Source: Malacoraja senta
Lineage: Eukaryota
Assembly: GCA_038087875.1 (NCBI GenBank)
Contig: JAXLNO010000239.1
Span: 1 to 64,000, forward strand
Direction of reading: 5' to 3'
Length of the DNA stretch: 64,000 nucleotides
The stretch's first letter is position 1. Each line of letters begins with the position of its first letter. The position numbers were made by a program, and so were the translations under genes. The notes under the pieces were generated by a model. It saw only the letters and a program-made list of their open reading frames with translations. It had not been told where the DNA came from and searched no databases. This document shows positions 61,571 to 64,000 of this stretch, in pieces.

Positions 61571-63060
61571 CGGTCTTAAACTTAAGCCAGAGAGTGGCTG
61601 CAGAGGTTGAAACAAAATAAAATTTGATATTGATGAAACACTTTTTTTTTAAACAAATACCTGACTTTAATCTGCCCACTTTTGATAATGGTTCTTTTAA
61701 CTGCATTCACCCCGATCTCTGGTGTTCCCGTCCCTAAACTCTACCGCACCCCCCCCCCCCCCCCTCAACCCCACCAGCTCTCACCCTCATCCTCTTCAGA
61801 GTTATCCTGAAGATGTATCTTTTTGACCATCTGTCTTGGAATAACCTGGTGTGCTTGATATATGATAACCCTTCTGTCAAGACAATTTGAAATGTTCAAT
61901 CACAGTAAAAGTGTGAAATAAATATACTCTGTTGTTATTTTTCACTTCAAAGAAGCTCTCTATCCTGTTATTTTATTCTTTGGTGATATGTGTTGGCAAG
62001 ACCAGTATTTATCACCATCCCTATTTTTATTTTTAAGGTTAGCTGCACTCTTGAACTGATTCACTCCATATAATCCCATAATGTCATTTGAGTGGTGATC
62101 ACGTTGTCTCAGTGATAAATGAAAGAAATCAAGTTCAAGTTCAAGTTCAAGTTCAAATTCAAATTCAAAGAAATGCTATATATTTCCAAATGAATGTGTT
62201 GGATGACTTGGAGTGAACATGAACATGGTTCCATGTACCAGTACTGACCAATGAGCAGTAGCTCCGGCTAAAATGATAGTTGGTTGGGTAGATCTTCTGG
62301 AGAAGCCTGAGTGAGTTGGTACCATGCATTATTTTTAACAGGACATACTGATCCCACTGTGGGCCAGCGACGGATAAAATTAATGATCAAGACAGCGGAA
62401 GAGAAGTCAACCAAGTGGATAGTTTTGTACTGGACAGTGCTGAAGCTCTGTGTTAGCTTCTTAGATGGAAAATCTTTGGGGAATTAGAATACCAAACTCT
62501 GACCTGTTCTTGTTGAAACAATATTTTTATGATCAACAAGGACTTCTTCCCTCCCTTCAAACACTGTTGGCGTTAATAACACAACTGCCGATATTTGTTC
62601 CAAGGAGGGTCGCGGCATTCAATTCTATCGTGCTGGATCTAAAAAGTCAGCTATTCCTTTTCTCCAGTGATGTTGCCTGACCCGCTGAGTCACTCCAGCT
62701 TTTTGTGTCCAGCTTCGATTCAAACCAGCATCTGCAGTTCCTTTGTGTAAGAAAGAACTGCGGATGCTGGTTTAAATCGAAGGTAGACACAAAATGCTGG
62801 AGTAACTCAGCGGGTGAGGCAGGCATCAGAGCTCAGTCTGAAGAAGCGTCTCGACCCGAAACGTGGCCCATTCCTTCTCTCCAGAGATGCGGCCTCACCC
62901 GCCGAATTACTCCAGGATTTTTTGTCTATCCGCAGTTCCTTCCTGCACAAGCTAAAGGGAGATATAGTTAAAGGTTGCAATTGGATGAGAGGCTTGAGAA
63001 ATCGTGTGTTCCGATTGTTATAAGTCTTATTTAACGGATGCATTTATATTAGTGGAACGT

Positions 63061-63423
63061 CTTAAGGGGTTGGACAGGCTAGATGCAGGAAGATTATTCC
63101 CGATGTTGGGGAAGTCCAGAACTAGGGGTCACAGTTTAAGGATAAGAGGGAAGACTTTTAGGACCGAGATGAGGAAATCGTTTTTTACACAGACTGGTGA
63201 ATCTGTGGAATTCTCTGCCACAGAAGGTAGTTGAGGCCAGTTCATTGGCTATATTTAAGAGGGAGTTAGATGTGGCCCTTGTGGCTAAAGGGATCAGGGG
63301 GTATGGAGAGAAGGCAGGGATGGGATACTGAGTTGGATGATCAGCCATGATCATATCAAATGGCGGTGCAGGCTCGAAGGGCCGAATGGCCTACTCCTGC
63401 ACCTATTTTCTATGTTTCTATGT
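63061..63423 (+). mobile_element. 5'-truncated CR1 3' end inserted after the duplication
   Basis: LKGLDRLDAGRLFP...TRGHSL; (ttctatgt)n tail; absent at the homologous site 59170. Confidence 0.9.
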
Positions 63424-64000
63424 TTACTTGAAGGACATGCGAAATTCCTACTCCCTAGCCACCGTTTGGTTGTTGTACATAATTTCTGACCACCAATCCC
63501 AAGTCTTTGATAATATGTAAGTGATATCCATTTCTTTCCCTTATCAGATTATATGCAGGCAGGCCAATTGTCCAAAAGTTTTGAAATGTAGAACTGGTGC
63601 ACTACAGACATCCAGATAAGACCCGTTGCATAAAATGAAACCAATAAAATGGAAAATGCCAAAATGCTGGAAATCAATAATGGTATCAGCGACGTGCGAC
63701 CAAGAGATACCCAAAGAGAAGGAAAATGTGTGTTTACAACTTTTTTTTTACAGATGCTGACTGCCGCTTTGCATTGCCAGCATTTTCCTCTTTTTTAAAA
63801 ATCATATGTAATTCGTCGTTGGATGTAATTCGTCGTTTAGTTTACTTTAAATATCCCACTTTCAAAACAACACGTTTGTTTTGCGACCGGCGGTTATTCA
63901 AATGCATCAACATCAACAAAAGCAATATTCTCGGAGTCAACCTTTGTAGGGCAAACCGACCCTCAGGAGAAAAGGGGAAGCGCGTCAGAGCCGTCAGTGT

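Larger units (their letters stand above)
58670..64000 (+). repeat. Older local duplication: 58670-59740 recurs at 62560-64000 (runs off the window)
   Basis: Offset 3890 before and about 4260 after a CR1 insertion present only in copy 2. A few percent divergence by eye. Confidence 0.9.

Overview
Repeat-dense vertebrate genomic DNA, most likely a cartilaginous fish (skate/ray), inferred from abundant HE1/V-domain tRNA-SINEs, CR1 LINEs and Penelope-derived repeats. No intact, recognisable host gene is present. The window holds: (1) the 5' half of a CR1 LINE (minus strand) whose ORF1 is interrupted by a Gypsy fragment with an unusual pol-PPT-LTR-PBS order; (2) two adjacent but distinct DIRS tyrosine-recombinase retrotransposons, each with ITRs, an ICR and an apparent 5'-leader intron; (3) Rex1/Babar LINE fragments and GC-rich non-autonomous derivatives; (4) Penelope GIY-YIG/RT fragments and many palindromic termini with a minimal hammerhead-like motif; (5) several non-autonomous DNA transposons (hAT-like, Harbinger-like, a 27-bp P-like mini-element, a Helitron carrying a 48-bp minisatellite); (6) two local duplications (2386 bp near-identical, ~3.9 kb older); (7) a 1-kb C-rich minisatellite. 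Six short minus-strand exon candidates in the unique islands between repeats splice into one 434-nt stop-free frame that I do not recognise. All family assignments come from motif recognition by eye, not database searches; many repeat boundaries are approximate.
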